From the NCBI RefSeq assembly GCF_044647545.1, contig NZ_CP172818.1: a stretch of 64,000 nt of DNA, one strand, 5' to 3'. Position numbers and translations under genes: made by a program. This DNA comes from Escherichia coli (lineage in GTDB: Bacteria; Pseudomonadota; Gammaproteobacteria; Enterobacterales; Enterobacteriaceae). The first letter of the stretch is position 1. The number at the start of each line of letters is the position of its first letter. Below are positions 1 to 12,355 of this stretch, piece by piece. The notes beneath the pieces were generated by a model. It was not told the DNA's origin. It saw only the letters and a list, made by a program, of their open reading frames with translations, and did not search any database.

Positions 1-300
<300 letters not shown>

Positions 301-306
301 TTTCTG

Positions 307-853
<547 letters not shown>

Positions 854-882
854 TCGGTCACGGTCCATTAATACGACTTTGA

Positions 883-1344
<462 letters not shown>

Positions 1345-1365
1345 TTCGTTATTCAACGAGACGTA

Positions 1366-1398
1366 AAAACGCCGACCAGTGGTCGGCGTTTTGCTTTC
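1366..1398 (+). terminator. Rho-independent terminator of the rpsF operon
   Basis: GC hairpin CGCCGACCagtGGTCGGCG followed by TTTTGCTTTC. Confidence 0.7.
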
Positions 1399-1414
1399 TA
1401 TTTTTCGTCAGGTA

Positions 1415-2209
1415 TTAGTTTCGTAAGTAGATCCATTCACCATTCTCTTGTGTCCATAATTCAGGATGGTTTGCTGGCGTTAGATGCATATGATCGCACC
1501 TTATGTCTCGGTCCTGCGGCACTCGCTCGAAACCCAAACCCGAGTAGATTGCTGCTGAACTTGATAAGGAACGCAGACCAATTTTCAAATCATGGGGTAA
1601 ATCAGAATACGCGTTTAGCAATGCAGCAATGATGAATCCGAGGGCATTAGAAACGCCTGTAACAGTGCGAAGTTGGTCGATATAAAGATCGATTGTTGGT
1701 AGTTCAGATGACCAGCAATTAGGCATTTGGGCAGGAAGGGTTACAACGTATCCTATCGTTTGGCCGGTATAGTCTGGAGTACCATAACCTGGACCCAAAA
1801 CAACCTCGTGTATTGTGTATTTACTGTTGGGTTCGAAGGATTCGACATCTTGCAATAAATATTTCAGTTCTGCGGTTAACCTCGCACCCGCGTAAGCTTT
1901 ATTGTATTTCTGGGCGTGAATATTATCTAATGTAGCCTCATGGTTCCATCCAAAAGAATTATCACCATTCATTGTTATTCCATCGTAAGCATTACACGCC
2001 ATCGCTAGTTTATTGAATGCTTGCCAGTCTGAGAGATCTAGTTTGTGGATCTCAACAGTATGTCTGCCATCGCAATTATGATCTCTTCCACGATTTGAAA
2101 GTAATGTAGCGCGTGCGTATTGATGAAATTTTAATTTTACTGGTTTGTCGGTGGACGAAAAACGGGGTGAATATGCAGGAAATGAATAAATAGTGGTTGG
2201 TAATGTCAT
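1415..2209 (-). CDS. yjfZ: Uncharacterized protein YjfZ-like (DUF2686 family)
   Basis: 264 aa ORF, position after rplI matches K-12 yjfZ; AT-rich flanks. Confidence 0.7.
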   Translation of the reverse strand: MTLPTTIYSFPAYSPRFSSTDKPVKLKFHQYARATLLSNRGRDHNCDGRHTVEIHKLDLSDWQAFNKLAMACNAYDGITMNGDNSFGWNHEATLDNIHAQKYNKAYAGARLTAELKYLLQDVESFEPNSKYTIHEVVLGPGYGTPDYTGQTIGYVVTLPAQMPNCWSSELPTIDLYIDQLRTVTGVSNALGFIIAALLNAYSDLPHDLKIGLRSLSSSAAIYSGLGFERVPQDRDIRCDHMHLTPANHPELWTQENGEWIYLRN

Positions 2210-2558
2210 TGTATTTTTGCCTGTTTAATTTTTTTATAAATATCGTAGTTAAATGCTCAAAGAAAAAGAATCGATATTAATAAAAATAAGTTTGTTTTCT
2301 GAAGTAGTGAAAATAGCGGATGGTGAAAGATATTAATATCAAAAATCGCTCATCACGGATATAACGATGCACCCAGGGAGGGAGATGACTGACAACGCCT
2401 TACACCATACATTCTTGTTGTGCGGTATGTAATTATTCTACGCTGTCGGTATCGGTGCGTTTGTTAATCAGCAGGTTAACCAGCCACAAAAAGCCATTGA
2501 AAAAATCATCGATTTTACCTGGGATTATTATATTGCTAATCCCTGGTTTTTAAAAATT

Positions 2559-2885
2559 GTGCATAGTGAAAACCAAAGTAAAGGTGTGCATTATGCAAAA
2601 TCACAGCGTCTCTTAGAAATTAATCATGCGCACTTGCAGTTAATGGAATCCTTATTGGATGAAGGGAGGAAACACAATATTTTTAAGCCAGATATCGACC
2701 CATTGCAGGTGAATATTAATATTGCTGCGCTTGGGGGATATTATTTGATCAACCAGCATACGCTTGGCCTGGTTTATCATATCAGTATGGTTTCACCTCA
2801 GGCACTGGAAGCCAGACGTAAGGTCATCAAAGAGACAATCCTTAGCTGGCTTTTGGTTGACCCTTCATCTACCGCGCACGAATAA
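2559..2885 (+). pseudogene. ytfA: TetR-family regulator remnant (C-terminal ligand domain only, no HTH) YtfA-like
   Basis: 108 aa ORF from a GTG; the frame is open upstream to a stop at 2430-2432 with no ATG; an out-of-frame segment upstream reads ...NALHHTFLL..., resembling a decayed TetR helix-3 GxLYHHF motif. Confidence 0.5.
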
Positions 2886-3543
2886 AACTGCCATCCGGCT
2901 GGCGGGTAAACAGGACCTGTTGATTATTCCCCGTATCAATGGTTAAGCCCGTCACCACGCCGCTGGCGTTCTGGCGGATTTTCACCATCTGCCCGTTTTG
3001 CAAATTACTCAGCGGCTTACCCGCGCCTTCTACCTGCGCCATTGCATAGACATCGGTAGCGGGCAGTCCGTGGTCGCGGAACAGCTGCGCCATCGTTTTA
3101 CCGGGTTCGACACGGTAAGAGCGCCATTGATTATCAATTCCGCTATCTGGCTGGAATGGTTGCGTTTGGGTAGTTTGCGGCTGCTCTTCTGGCTGGCCTT
3201 CCTGTATAGGTTCTGGAGCGACCGGGGCCACCTGATCAGGATCATTTTGTGGCGTAACTAGCTGCGCCCGCAGCTGTTCTTCTGTCGGCGGTTGTGATTG
3301 CGACTGAATATCTAACTGCGCTTCACGCGTCACCACTGGCGCGTTGGGCGTATCATCAGATGGAAGCAGAAATCCGACCACCAATACAATGGCGGCAATA
3401 ATGATCCCCCGACGATGCATCGGCGGCAGCGGGTCCATGAAGCGAAAATTGTCCGGCGCGTGCCAGACTTTCTCCAGGGTTGGTTTTAGTTCAAAGCGCC
3501 CGGGCATGGTTTCCTCCTGCTCCGCGTCTTGTTCCTCAATCAT
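2869..3543 (-). CDS. ytfB: Cell-division associated OapA/LysM-domain protein YtfB
   Basis: 224 aa longest ORF (true start may be an internal Met); single TM segment, Pro/Gln-rich linker, C-terminal OapA-like region. Confidence 0.8.
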   Translation of the reverse strand: MIEEQDAEQEETMPGRFELKPTLEKVWHAPDNFRFMDPLPPMHRRGIIIAAIVLVVGFLLPSDDTPNAPVVTREAQLDIQSQSQPPTEEQLRAQLVTPQNDPDQVAPVAPEPIQEGQPEEQPQTTQTQPFQPDSGIDNQWRSYRVEPGKTMAQLFRDHGLPATDVYAMAQVEGAGKPLSNLQNGQMVKIRQNASGVVTGLTIDTGNNQQVLFTRQPDGSFIRAR

Positions 3544-3724
3544 AGCCTATGAATAAGCTAACGCTATGATGTCCGTGGTAAACCCGCCTTTATTATATTC
3601 ATACGGGATATTGCTATTGTTTCTTTTTCCCCGGGATTTGTCATCATTCCCGCGACAAAGTTTTACCCAAAGAAGTGTGGCTGATATGCTGCCCGCTACT
3701 TTATACCCTAAGAAAGGAAATACG

Positions 3725-4345
3725 ATGACCACCCCAACTTTTGACACCATCGAAGCGCAAGCAAGCTACGGCATTGGTTTGCAGGTAGGGCAACAACTGA
3801 GTGAATCTGGCCTGGAAGGGCTGCTGCCAGAAGCACTGGTTGCAGGCATTGCTGATGCGCTGGAAGGCAAACATCCGGCTGTTCCGGTTGATGTGGTGCA
3901 CCGCGCGCTGCGTGAAATCCACGAACGCGCCGATGCCGTTCGTCGTCAGCGTTTCCAGGCGATGGCTGCTGAAGGTGTGAAATACCTGGAAGAAAACGCC
4001 AAAAAAGAAGGTGTGAATAGCACCGAATCTGGCCTGCAATTCCGCGTGATCAACCAGGGCGAAGGCGCAATTCCGGCACGTACCGACCGCGTTCGTGTTC
4101 ATTACACCGGAAAACTGATCGACGGCACCGTGTTTGACAGCTCCGTTGCTCGCGGCGAGCCAGCTGAATTCCCGGTTAACGGCGTGATCCCAGGCTGGAT
4201 TGAAGCGCTGACTCTGATGCCGGTAGGTTCTAAATGGGAACTGACTATCCCGCAGGAACTGGCATATGGTGAGCGTGGCGCAGGCGCGTCCATCCCTCCG
4301 TTCAGCACCCTGGTGTTTGAAGTCGAACTGCTGGAAATCCTCTAA
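3725..4345 (+). CDS. fklB: FKBP-type peptidyl-prolyl cis-trans isomerase FklB
   Basis: 206 aa from Met MTTPTFDT... with RBS GAAAGGAAA; the longer 3566 ORF is a spurious 5' extension. Confidence 0.9.
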
Positions 4346-4621
4346 GCAGCGCATTCTGTTCCCCTCGAGCCAGAGGGGAGCAGGCATTCAGCAATAAACC
4401 CTTCAGTTTGCCAAACGGCGCTATTTTGTGTTGCAAAGACCCCGTAAGCGTGTATTTTTGTGAGCTGTTTCGCGTTATCACCGTGATATGACACTCACTT
4501 TAAACATAAAATTAACATTAGATCTAAATCTTAGTATTCATCCCGCGTATTGTTACCTAATATCGATGAGTCCCGATACAGATTCGTCGTATCATAGACT
4601 GACTAAAGGCCGTAGAGCCTG

Positions 4622-4642
4622 AACAACACAGACAGGTACAGG
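4622..4642 (+). promoter_or_regulatory. CA-rich 5' UTR element of cycA (GcvB sRNA target-like)
   Basis: AACAACACAGACAGGTACAGG immediately upstream of the cycA RBS. Confidence 0.4.
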
Positions 4643-4653
4643 AAGAAAAAAAC

Positions 4654-6060
4654 ATGGTAGATCAGGTAAAAGTCGTTGCCGATGATCAGGCTCCGGCTGA
4701 ACAGTCGCTACGGCGCAATCTCACAAACCGACATATTCAGCTTATTGCCATTGGCGGTGCCATTGGTACGGGGTTGTTTATGGGGTCCGGCAAAACGATT
4801 AGCCTTGCCGGGCCGTCGATCATTTTTGTTTATATGATCATTGGTTTTATGCTCTTTTTCGTGATGCGGGCAATGGGGGAATTGCTGCTTTCGAATCTGG
4901 AATACAAATCTTTTAGTGACTTCGCTTCCGATTTACTCGGGCCGTGGGCAGGATATTTCACCGGCTGGACTTACTGGTTCTGCTGGGTTGTAACCGGTAT
5001 GGCAGACGTGGTGGCGATCACGGCTTATGCTCAGTTCTGGTTCCCCGATCTCTCCGACTGGGTCGCCTCGCTGGCGGTGATAGTGCTGCTGCTGACGCTC
5101 AACCTCGCCACCGTGAAAATGTTCGGTGAGATGGAGTTCTGGTTTGCGATGATCAAAATCGTCGCCATTGTGTCGCTGATAGTCGTCGGCCTGGTCATGG
5201 TGGCGATGCACTTTCAGTCACCGACCGGTGTAGAAGCGTCATTCGCGCATTTGTGGAATGACGGCGGCTGGTTCCCGAAAGGTTTAAGTGGCTTCTTTGC
5301 CGGATTCCAGATAGCGGTTTTCGCTTTCGTGGGGATTGAGCTGGTAGGTACAACAGCTGCGGAAACCAAAGATCCAGAGAAATCACTGCCACGCGCGATT
5401 AACTCCATTCCGATCCGTATCATTATGTTCTACGTCTTCGCGTTGATTGTGATTATGTCCGTGACGCCGTGGAGTTCGGTAGTCCCGGAGAAAAGCCCGT
5501 TCGTTGAGCTGTTTGTGTTGGTAGGTTTGCCTGCGGCTGCCAGCGTGATCAACTTTGTGGTGCTGACCTCTGCGGCGTCTTCCGCTAACAGCGGTGTCTT
5601 CTCTACCAGCCGTATGCTGTTTGGTCTGGCGCAGGAAGGTGTGGCACCGAAAGCGTTCGCTAAACTCTCTAAGCGCGCAGTACCCGCGAAAGGGCTGACC
5701 TTCTCTTGTATCTGTCTGCTCGGCGGCGTGGTGATGTTGTATGTGAATCCCAGCGTGATTGGCGCGTTCACGATGATTACAACCGTTTCCGCGATTCTGT
5801 TTATGTTCGTCTGGACGATTATCCTTTGCTCGTACCTGGTGTACCGCAAACAGCGTCCACACCTGCATGATAAGTCGATCTACAAGATGCCGCTCGGCAA
5901 GCTGATGTGCTGGGTATGTATGGCATTCTTTGTGTTCGTGGTCGTGCTGCTGACACTGGAAGATGATACCCGCCAGGCGCTGCTGGTTACCCCGCTGTGG
6001 TTTATCGCTCTGGGGCTGGGCTGGTTGTTTATTGGTAAAAAACGCATGGCTAATGCTTAA
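4654..6060 (+). CDS. cycA: D-serine/D-alanine/glycine:H+ symporter CycA (APC family)
   Basis: 468 aa multi-TM permease MVDQVKVVADDQAPAEQSLRRNLTNRHIQLIAIGG... Confidence 0.9.
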   Translation: MVDQVKVVADDQAPAEQSLRRNLTNRHIQLIAIGGAIGTGLFMGSGKTISLAGPSIIFVYMIIGFMLFFVMRAMGELLLSNLEYKSFSDFASDLLGPWAGYFTGWTYWFCWVVTGMADVVAITAYAQFWFPDLSDWVASLAVIVLLLTLNLATVKMFGEMEFWFAMIKIVAIVSLIVVGLVMVAMHFQSPTGVEASFAHLWNDGGWFPKGLSGFFAGFQIAVFAFVGIELVGTTAAETKDPEKSLPRAINSIPIRIIMFYVFALIVIMSVTPWSSVVPEKSPFVELFVLVGLPAAASVINFVVLTSAASSANSGVFSTSRMLFGLAQEGVAPKAFAKLSKRAVPAKGLTFSCICLLGGVVMLYVNPSVIGAFTMITTVSAILFMFVWTIILCSYLVYRKQRPHLHDKSIYKMPLGKLMCWVCMAFFVFVVVLLTLEDDTRQALLVTPLWFIALGLGWLFIGKKRMANA

Positions 6061-6084
6061 TCTGCGGAAATAACCGCTTTATAA

Positions 6085-6116
6085 TGCTGGATGGCGCAAT
6101 GCCGATCCAGCTTTTC
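6085..6116. terminator. Bidirectional terminator between convergent cycA and ytfE
   Basis: Hairpin GCTGGATggcgcaatgccgATCCAGC followed by TTTTC. Confidence 0.5.
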
Positions 6117-6138
6117 ACCCCTATCAAAATCCTAAAAA

Positions 6139-6801
6139 TCACTCACCCGCCAGCGCGCGTGGGAACAGCACATTATTTTCCAGGCTGATGTGCTCCATCA
6201 GGTCATCAATCAGTTCATTAATGCCGTTATACATCGCTTTCCAGGTGGTGCAGGCTTCTGGCGGCGGTGTGACGTTATTGGTAGTGTGTTTGATTACTTC
6301 CAGCAGTTCACCCGCTTCATCGTGCTCGCTTTCCATTACGCTGATTGGCCCCATTGCCTGGCTGCCCATGCCTTGTTTGATCATCGGGAAGAGGATCTGC
6401 TCTTCTTTCATCATGTGGCTGGAAAGCTCTTCATGCAGCATAGTCAGGTATTTTGTCAGCCCTTTTGGCACGCTCGGTTTGTCGGCGTGAACGCGTTCGA
6501 CTTTAGTCGCTTGCAGGATCAGCTCCGGCAGTTGCTCGCGGTGACGATCGTGGTAGCGCACGATGATATGGTCGATGATTTCTGCCAGCGGGGCGCTACG
6601 CCAGTCTTTCTCAATCGGTTGTTCAGCAAGCTTTGCCAGCTCAGCTTCAATGACCTCAACATCCAGTTCTTTACGTGCCGCCGCACGCGCCAGCGTTTGC
6701 TTACCGCCGCAGCAGTAATCCATATCATATTTACGAAACAGAGCCGAAGCGCGAGGGATAGAGAGCGCCAGTTCACCTAAAGGTTGGTCGCGATAAGCCA
6801 T
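6139..6801 (-). CDS. ytfE: Iron-sulfur cluster repair di-iron protein YtfE (RIC)
   Basis: 220 aa; N-terminal ScdA-like Cys motif and hemerythrin-like His/Glu motifs. Confidence 0.9.
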   Translation of the reverse strand: MAYRDQPLGELALSIPRASALFRKYDMDYCCGGKQTLARAAARKELDVEVIEAELAKLAEQPIEKDWRSAPLAEIIDHIIVRYHDRHREQLPELILQATKVERVHADKPSVPKGLTKYLTMLHEELSSHMMKEEQILFPMIKQGMGSQAMGPISVMESEHDEAGELLEVIKHTTNNVTPPPEACTTWKAMYNGINELIDDLMEHISLENNVLFPRALAGE

Positions 6802-6827
6802 AGCTGATACCTCATTCTTAATAAGAT

Positions 6828-6850
6828 AAGATGTATTTTAAATGCATCTT
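6828..6850. promoter_or_regulatory. NsrR operator in the ytfE promoter
   Basis: Near-perfect palindrome AAGATGTATTTTAAATGCATCTT just upstream of ytfE. Confidence 0.7.
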
Positions 6851-6908
6851 TAAGGTGAATGCTATAACCCTTACGTAGCAGAGGCTTATTTAACTCACTG
6901 CCAGCGTG

Positions 6909-7883
6909 TCAACTTTCAGAGACAGGTTCAATTAAGGGTTTTTCCGGTTTTGCTCTGACCGCAATGACCACGCCAACCACTAACAGCGCGATACCGCTTA
7001 GCGTCATTAGCGGCGGCATTTGCTGGCGGAGTAAAAAGGTGTACAGCAAACCTGCCAGCGTTTCGAAAACAATCAGCGGCCCGAGAATCACGGTCGGTAA
7101 TCGCTGGCTGGCGACGTTCCAGCAGAGTGCACCGACCCATGAGCAAAGCACGGCTATCGCAATCATCAGACTAATAAATAAAAGCGGACGGGGGCCAAAG
7201 GGTAGGGAGAAGTCCGGCGTTTGCGTATTCAGCCAGTAACAGGCGACGAGATAGCCGATGAGAGAAACCGGCAGCGTGACCAGCGCCTGCGCCGTTGCCC
7301 ACATCATCGGATGTTTGTCGGGATTTTCCCGCAGCCAGCGGGCGTTGCGCAGGGCATACCATGCCCAGCAGACCACGGAAACTAACGCCAGCACGATGCC
7401 AGAGGTATAACGTGCCCAGTCAAAATCGGGGAGTCCGTGGTTTAACTCAGCAATATTCACACACGCCAGGCCGATGCCAATACAAACCAGTGCCGGGGCG
7501 AGTTTTCCCCACGCGAGTTTGCCGTCGCGCTGGCTATAAAGCAGATTGGCAAAAACGGGAATCACCACCGGCAGGGTGCCGATAATCATCGTGGAAACAG
7601 GCGCACCAGTACGTTGAATGGCACTGGCAAGGCAGAAGTAATAGATGAGGTTGCCCATCATAGTGAGCATCAAGGCGGTAAGCCAGTCGCGACGCGCCAA
7701 CTGACGCAGACGCACGCGTCCCAGCCAGGCAATGGGCAGCGCAATTAACCCTAACGCCAGATAACGCCCCATCGACTGCAACATCGCCGGGTATTCCGGT
7801 ACGATCAACGGCCCGACAAAAATAAGCCCCCACATCAACCCTGCTAACAGGGCGTACAGCACGCCGCTAATCATTACTGGCAT
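6909..7883 (-). CDS. ytfF: EamA/DMT-family inner membrane transporter YtfF
   Basis: 324 aa hydrophobic ORF (start may be a few codons internal). Confidence 0.8.
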   Translation of the reverse strand: MPVMISGVLYALLAGLMWGLIFVGPLIVPEYPAMLQSMGRYLALGLIALPIAWLGRVRLRQLARRDWLTALMLTMMGNLIYYFCLASAIQRTGAPVSTMIIGTLPVVIPVFANLLYSQRDGKLAWGKLAPALVCIGIGLACVNIAELNHGLPDFDWARYTSGIVLALVSVVCWAWYALRNARWLRENPDKHPMMWATAQALVTLPVSLIGYLVACYWLNTQTPDFSLPFGPRPLLFISLMIAIAVLCSWVGALCWNVASQRLPTVILGPLIVFETLAGLLYTFLLRQQMPPLMTLSGIALLVVGVVIAVRAKPEKPLIEPVSES

Positions 7884-7982
7884 CCATTGATCTGTCAGAA
7901 GAAACGTTCAGGAAGCAGATATGATTGCTCCCGGCATCCCGTCATTATCAGAGAGGATGCGGGAGGATGCCACTTTAATTAA

Positions 7983-8843
7983 CTAGTTATTAACATTAAA
8001 AAGATGGCTTACGCTTTCGGCTAACGTTGTCGTTGGGCGGCCAATCAATTTGCTAAGCGTTTTGCTGTTATCAAACAGACCACCTTTCGATGCGCCAACG
8101 TCAGAATCCGCCAGCATATCCGCCAGTCCGTCAGGCAGTCCGACGCTTTTCAGTGCCGCGGCGAAATCAGCTTCACTCAGATTTTGATAGGTAACCTGTT
8201 TGCCGCTCTGTTTGGTCAGCTCTGCCGCTAACTGTGTCAACGTCCAGGCACTATCGCCCGCCAGTTCGTAAACCTTGCCTTCGTGACCGGCTTCGCTAAT
8301 CACGCGTGCCGCAGCTGCCGCATAATCTGCCCGCGTTGCTGAGGCGATTTTGCCATCGCCCGCCGCACCGATAAATACGCCGTGTTCCAGTGCTGCCGGG
8401 GCGCTGGCGAGGTAGTTTTCGCTGTACCAGCCGTTGCGCAGCAGGGTGTAAACGATGCCAGAATCAGCCAACATTTTCTCCGTCTCAATGTGCTCATCGG
8501 CGAGGCCGAGCGGAGATTTATCCGCGTGAAGCAGACTGGTATAAGCGATAAATTTCACACCAGCCGCCTTTGCGGCATTAATAACATTACGATGCTGCGG
8601 GGCACGTTGACCCACTTCGCTGGAAGAGATCAGCAGTAGTTTTTCCACTCCCTGAAGTGCAGATGTCAGTGCGGCTTCATCGCCGTAGTCAGCCTGACGC
8701 ACGGTAATGCCTTGTGCTGTCAGTGCCTGGGCTTTTGCCGGATTACGAACGATAGCCACTATTTGGCTGGCAGGAACCGTTTTCATCAAGGATTCAATAA
8801 CATAGTGACCAAGTTGGCCAGTGGCACCAGTAATTGCGATCAT
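7983..8843 (-). CDS. qorB: NAD(P)H:quinone oxidoreductase, NmrA-like (QorB/YtfG)
   Basis: 286 aa MIAITGATGQLG... Rossmann motif. Confidence 0.85.
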   Translation of the reverse strand: MIAITGATGQLGHYVIESLMKTVPASQIVAIVRNPAKAQALTAQGITVRQADYGDEAALTSALQGVEKLLLISSSEVGQRAPQHRNVINAAKAAGVKFIAYTSLLHADKSPLGLADEHIETEKMLADSGIVYTLLRNGWYSENYLASAPAALEHGVFIGAAGDGKIASATRADYAAAAARVISEAGHEGKVYELAGDSAWTLTQLAAELTKQSGKQVTYQNLSEADFAAALKSVGLPDGLADMLADSDVGASKGGLFDNSKTLSKLIGRPTTTLAESVSHLFNVNN

Positions 8844-8890
8844 AGGAAGTCTCCATCGTTTGTCTTGTGTTTAAATACGCTAACACCTAA

Positions 8891-8907
8891 ACTTACTTTT
8901 AGTAAGT
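8891..8907. promoter_or_regulatory. Palindrome in the qorB/ytfH divergent promoter region (candidate YtfH operator)
   Basis: ACTTACTtttAGTAAGT perfect 7-bp inverted repeat centred between the two start codons. Confidence 0.4.
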
Positions 8908-8930
8908 ACGTACAAAAAGGTAAGTATGAG

Positions 8931-9311
8931 ATGAGTCAGGTTAGCCTGTCGCAACAACTGAAAGAGGGAAATCTCTTCGCTGAACAGTGTCCGTCGCGCG
9001 AGGTGTTGAAACACGTCACCAGCCGTTGGGGGGTGTTGATTCTGGTGGCGCTACGCGAAGGTACTCATCGCTTTAGCGACCTGCGGCGCAAAATCGGTGG
9101 GGTGAGTGAAAAGATGCTTGCGCAGTCGTTACAGGCGTTAGAACAGGATGGTTTTCTTAACCGTATCGCGTATCCGGTGGTGCCGCCGCATGTGGAATAT
9201 AGCCTCACGCCGCTGGGCGAGCAGGTGAGCGAAAAGGTTGCTGCACTGGCGGACTGGATTGAGTTGAATTTGCCCGAGGTGTTAGCGGTGCGGGATGAAC
9301 GTGCGGCATAA
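8931..9311 (+). CDS. ytfH: HxlR-type HTH transcriptional regulator YtfH
   Basis: 126 aa from ATG at 8931 (MSQVSLSQQL...), winged-helix HxlR-like sequence; the 8712 ORF is a 5' extension. Confidence 0.85.
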   Translation: MSQVSLSQQLKEGNLFAEQCPSREVLKHVTSRWGVLILVALREGTHRFSDLRRKIGGVSEKMLAQSLQALEQDGFLNRIAYPVVPPHVEYSLTPLGEQVSEKVAALADWIELNLPEVLAVRDERAA

Positions 9312-9312
9312 C

Positions 9313-9413
9313 TGCCGGATGCGCTGAGCTTATCTGGTCTACGGTGCATGGCTTGTAGGGCGGATAAGATGCGCCAGCATCGCATCCGCCAATAAATGCC
9401 GGATGCGGTTGAT
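9313..9413. repeat. REP/BIME cluster
   Basis: Repeated GCCGGATGCG / GGCGGATAAG / CGCATCCGCC palindromic units. Confidence 0.7.
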
Positions 9414-9439
9414 GATTTGCAGGCCGAAAAAGAAGTGTA

Positions 9440-11383
9440 TTACTTACTCAAATCCACCTGATAAATCGCAAACCCGATATCATCGGTCGCGACTTTATTC
9501 ATCGGATATTGCCCTTTATCTTTAATAAACGCTGCGGCTTTATCTGACGGAGAGGTTTCGAAACGGATATCCAGTTTCTTATCGCCAGTTATCGGTGCTA
9601 AACGCCAGTTGTTATCCGCCGCCGGGTGAATTTCCCCCGCACGTTTCGACTCTTCAGCAATCCACGCTGCCAGCACCGAGCGGTTCTCATCCGGTGAAGC
9701 AAAAGCGATATGGCTGTCGCCCGTACCGGCAAATTTGCCGCCGTAAGCGCGATAGTTATTGGTGGCAACGAGGAACATGGCGTTCGGATCAATCGGCTTG
9801 CCGTTAAAGATCAGGTTCTTAATCCTTTCCGCATTGGCATTAATCATCTGGCACTCGCCGTCATAACGGGCGGGCTGGGTAACATCAATCTGATAATTCA
9901 CACCATCAATCACATCAAAGTTATAGGTGCGGAAACCATCCCAGTTGATGAGTGACTGTGGTTTCGTGCTGTTAGGATCAATCTGGTTAAACTGTCCGGC
10001 GGAGCACTCCAGCCACTCTTTCACCTCTTTACCGCTGGCTTTCACCACAATCAGCGTATTGGGATAGAGATAAAGATCGGCGGCATTACGGAAAGTCAGC
10101 TGACCTTTTTCCACCTCCACATAGCTTGCCGGGTCATTTTTGCGACCACCAACTTTAAACGGTGCGGCAGCTGAAAGCACCGGCAGTTTTGCCAGATCCG
10201 GATCGCCCTGAATGTAATGCTCGACATACGCTTTTTGCGCGTTGTTCACCACCTGCACGGTCGGATCGTCCTGCACCAGCGCCAGATAGCTATACATATT
10301 GTCGGCAGATTTACCGATTGGCTTGCTGACGAACTGGCGTGTGGCATCGTGATCGGCTTTGAGTGTTTCTACCAGCTTGCTGTCTTCCGCCGCGAGGGAT
10401 TTTTTATTAGCGATGTCGTAAATCGGTCGTGCTTCCGCTTTCGCCTGCGTCACCTGCCATTTACCGCTGTCATTACTGAGTTGTAAGTCGACCACACCAA
10501 GATGATCGCCCCACATGCCCGGCATTACCGCCGGAACACCATTCAGCGTGCCTTTGGCGATATCAGCCCCTTCGATATCAGCAAAATCTTTACCCGGGAA
10601 AACGGCGTGAGCATGACCAAACATAATGGCGTTAACACCCGGAATTTCACTGAGGTAATAAACTGAGTTTTCCGCCATCACTTTATACGGATCGGCAGAC
10701 AGACCAGAATGCGCCAGAACGACAACGACATCGGCACCTTTCTCGCGCATTTCAGGCACGTATTTGCGCACGGTTTCGGTAATATCATTCACCGTCACTT
10801 TCCCGGATAAATTAGCTTTATCCCAGCCCATGATTTGTGGCGGGACGACGCCAATATAGCCAATCTTCAGCGTCTGTTTTTTTCCGTCTTTATCGACCAC
10901 TTCGGTGCCTTTAATTAAATACGGTGTAAACATTGGCTGTTTGGTTCTGGCGTCAATGACGTTGGCATTTACATAAGGGAATTTCGCTCCCGCCAGCGCA
11001 TTTTTCAGGTAATCCAGACCGTAGTTAAACTCGTGGTTGCCAAGCGTGCCGACGGTATAGTCCAGCGTATTTAATGCCTTATAGACCGGGTGAATATCAC
11101 CTGCTTTTAAACCTTTCGCCGACATGTAATCTGCAAGCGGACTCCCCTGAATCAAATCGCCGTTATCGACCAGTACGCTGTTTTTCACTTCATTGCGGGC
11201 ATCGTTAATCAGGCTTGCGGTACGTACCAGTCCGAATTTTTCCGTGGCGGTGTCTTTGTAATAATCGAAATCCATCATGTTGCTATGCAGATCAGTGGTT
11301 TCCATGATACGCAGATCGACCGTCGCTGCATTCACACTGGCGGCAATCAGCGTGGCCAGGAGCGTTGCGCTAAACTTAATCAT
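9440..11383 (-). CDS. cpdB: 2',3'-cyclic-nucleotide 2'-phosphodiesterase/3'-nucleotidase CpdB (periplasmic)
   Basis: 647 aa from Met [19 protein letters not shown] (signal peptide) with AAGGA RBS; the ORF track start at 11392 adds 3 codons. Confidence 0.9.
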   Translation of the reverse strand: MIKFSATLLATLIAASVNAATVDLRIMETTDLHSNMMDFDYYKDTATEKFGLVRTASLINDARNEVKNSVLVDNGDLIQGSPLADYMSAKGLKAGDIHPVYKALNTLDYTVGTLGNHEFNYGLDYLKNALAGAKFPYVNANVIDARTKQPMFTPYLIKGTEVVDKDGKKQTLKIGYIGVVPPQIMGWDKANLSGKVTVNDITETVRKYVPEMREKGADVVVVLAHSGLSADPYKVMAENSVYYLSEIPGVNAIMFGHAHAVFPGKDFADIEGADIAKGTLNGVPAVMPGMWGDHLGVVDLQLSNDSGKWQVTQAKAEARPIYDIANKKSLAAEDSKLVETLKADHDATRQFVSKPIGKSADNMYSYLALVQDDPTVQVVNNAQKAYVEHYIQGDPDLAKLPVLSAAAPFKVGGRKNDPASYVEVEKGQLTFRNAADLYLYPNTLIVVKASGKEVKEWLECSAGQFNQIDPNSTKPQSLINWDGFRTYNFDVIDGVNYQIDVTQPARYDGECQMINANAERIKNLIFNGKPIDPNAMFLVATNNYRAYGGKFAGTGDSHIAFASPDENRSVLAAWIAEESKRAGEIHPAADNNWRLAPITGDKKLDIRFETSPSDKAAAFIKDKGQYPMNKVATDDIGFAIYQVDLSK

Positions 11384-11572
11384 CAGGGACATCCTTTTAT
11401 CATCGGGAATACGAAAGAAAAGGGAGAATAAACGTCTTACTTATAGAACAGTGAAGAATGCCACAATTTTACGCTTTGAAAATGATGACACTATCACAGT
11501 TGGCGCATTCATTAACGATAGGGTATAAGTAAAACAATAAGTTAACACCGCTCACAGAGACGAGGTGGAGAA

Positions 11573-12313
11573 ATGTTAGATCAAGTATGCCAGCTTGCAC
11601 GGAATGCAGGCGATGCCATTATGCAGGTCTACGACGGGACGAAACCGATGGACGTCGTCAGCAAAGCGGACAATTCTCCGGTAACGGCAGCGGATATTGC
11701 CGCACACACCGTTATCATGGACGGTTTACGTACGCTGACACCGGATATTCCGGTCCTTTCTGAAGAAGATCCTCCCGGTTGGGAAGTCCGTCAGCACTGG
11801 CAGCGTTACTGGCTGGTAGATCCGCTGGATGGTACTAAAGAGTTTATTAAACGTAATGGCGAATTTACCGTTAACATTGCGCTCATCGACCACGGCAAAC
11901 CGATTTTAGGTGTGGTGTATGCGCCGGTAATGAACGTAATGTACAGCGCGGCAGAAGGCAAAGCGTGGAAAGAAGAGTGCGGCGTGCGCAAGCAGATTCA
12001 GGTCCGTGATGCGCGCCCGCCGCTGGTGGTTATCAGCCGTTCCCATGCAGATGCGGAGCTGAAAGAGTATCTGCAACAGCTTGGCGAACATCAGACCACG
12101 TCCATCGGCTCTTCGCTGAAATTCTGCCTGGTGGCGGAAGGGCAGGCGCAGCTGTACCCGCGCTTCGGACCAACGAATATTTGGGACACCGCCGCTGGAC
12201 ATGCTGTGGCCGCAGCTGCCGGAGCGCACGTTCACGACTGGCAGGGTAAACCGCTGGATTACACTCCGCGCGAGTCGTTCCTGAATCCGGGGTTCAGAGT
12301 GTCTATTTACTAA
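11573..12313 (+). CDS. cysQ: 3'(2'),5'-bisphosphate nucleotidase CysQ
   Basis: 246 aa, inositol monophosphatase-family motifs (WLVDPLDGT). Confidence 0.9.
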   Translation: MLDQVCQLARNAGDAIMQVYDGTKPMDVVSKADNSPVTAADIAAHTVIMDGLRTLTPDIPVLSEEDPPGWEVRQHWQRYWLVDPLDGTKEFIKRNGEFTVNIALIDHGKPILGVVYAPVMNVMYSAAEGKAWKEECGVRKQIQVRDARPPLVVISRSHADAELKEYLQQLGEHQTTSIGSSLKFCLVAEGQAQLYPRFGPTNIWDTAAGHAVAAAAGAHVHDWQGKPLDYTPRESFLNPGFRVSIY

Positions 12314-12317
12314 ATTC

Positions 12318-12355
12318 AGATGGCAGAAACAGTGTATTTCCTGATTCTGCCATCC
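12318..12355 (+). terminator. Hairpin after cysQ
   Basis: GATGGCAGAA...TTCTGCCATC inverted repeat directly after the stop. Confidence 0.45.

Noticed and set aside
3566..3724. N-terminal extensions of fklB, and similarly of ytfH, msrA, fbp, treC, ridA, bdcA and pyrL
   Set aside because: The longest-ORF starts add hydrophobic or low-complexity leaders with no RBS; internal Met codons with good RBS spacing give the expected mature N-termini.
4361..4380. Hairpin CCCCTCgagccaGAGGGG after fklB
   Set aside because: Not followed by a U-tract, so not called as an intrinsic terminator; may still be an RNA stability element.
6190..6780. 196-aa plus-strand ORF
   Set aside because: Antisense to ytfE, which is supported by conserved motifs and its NsrR-regulated promoter.
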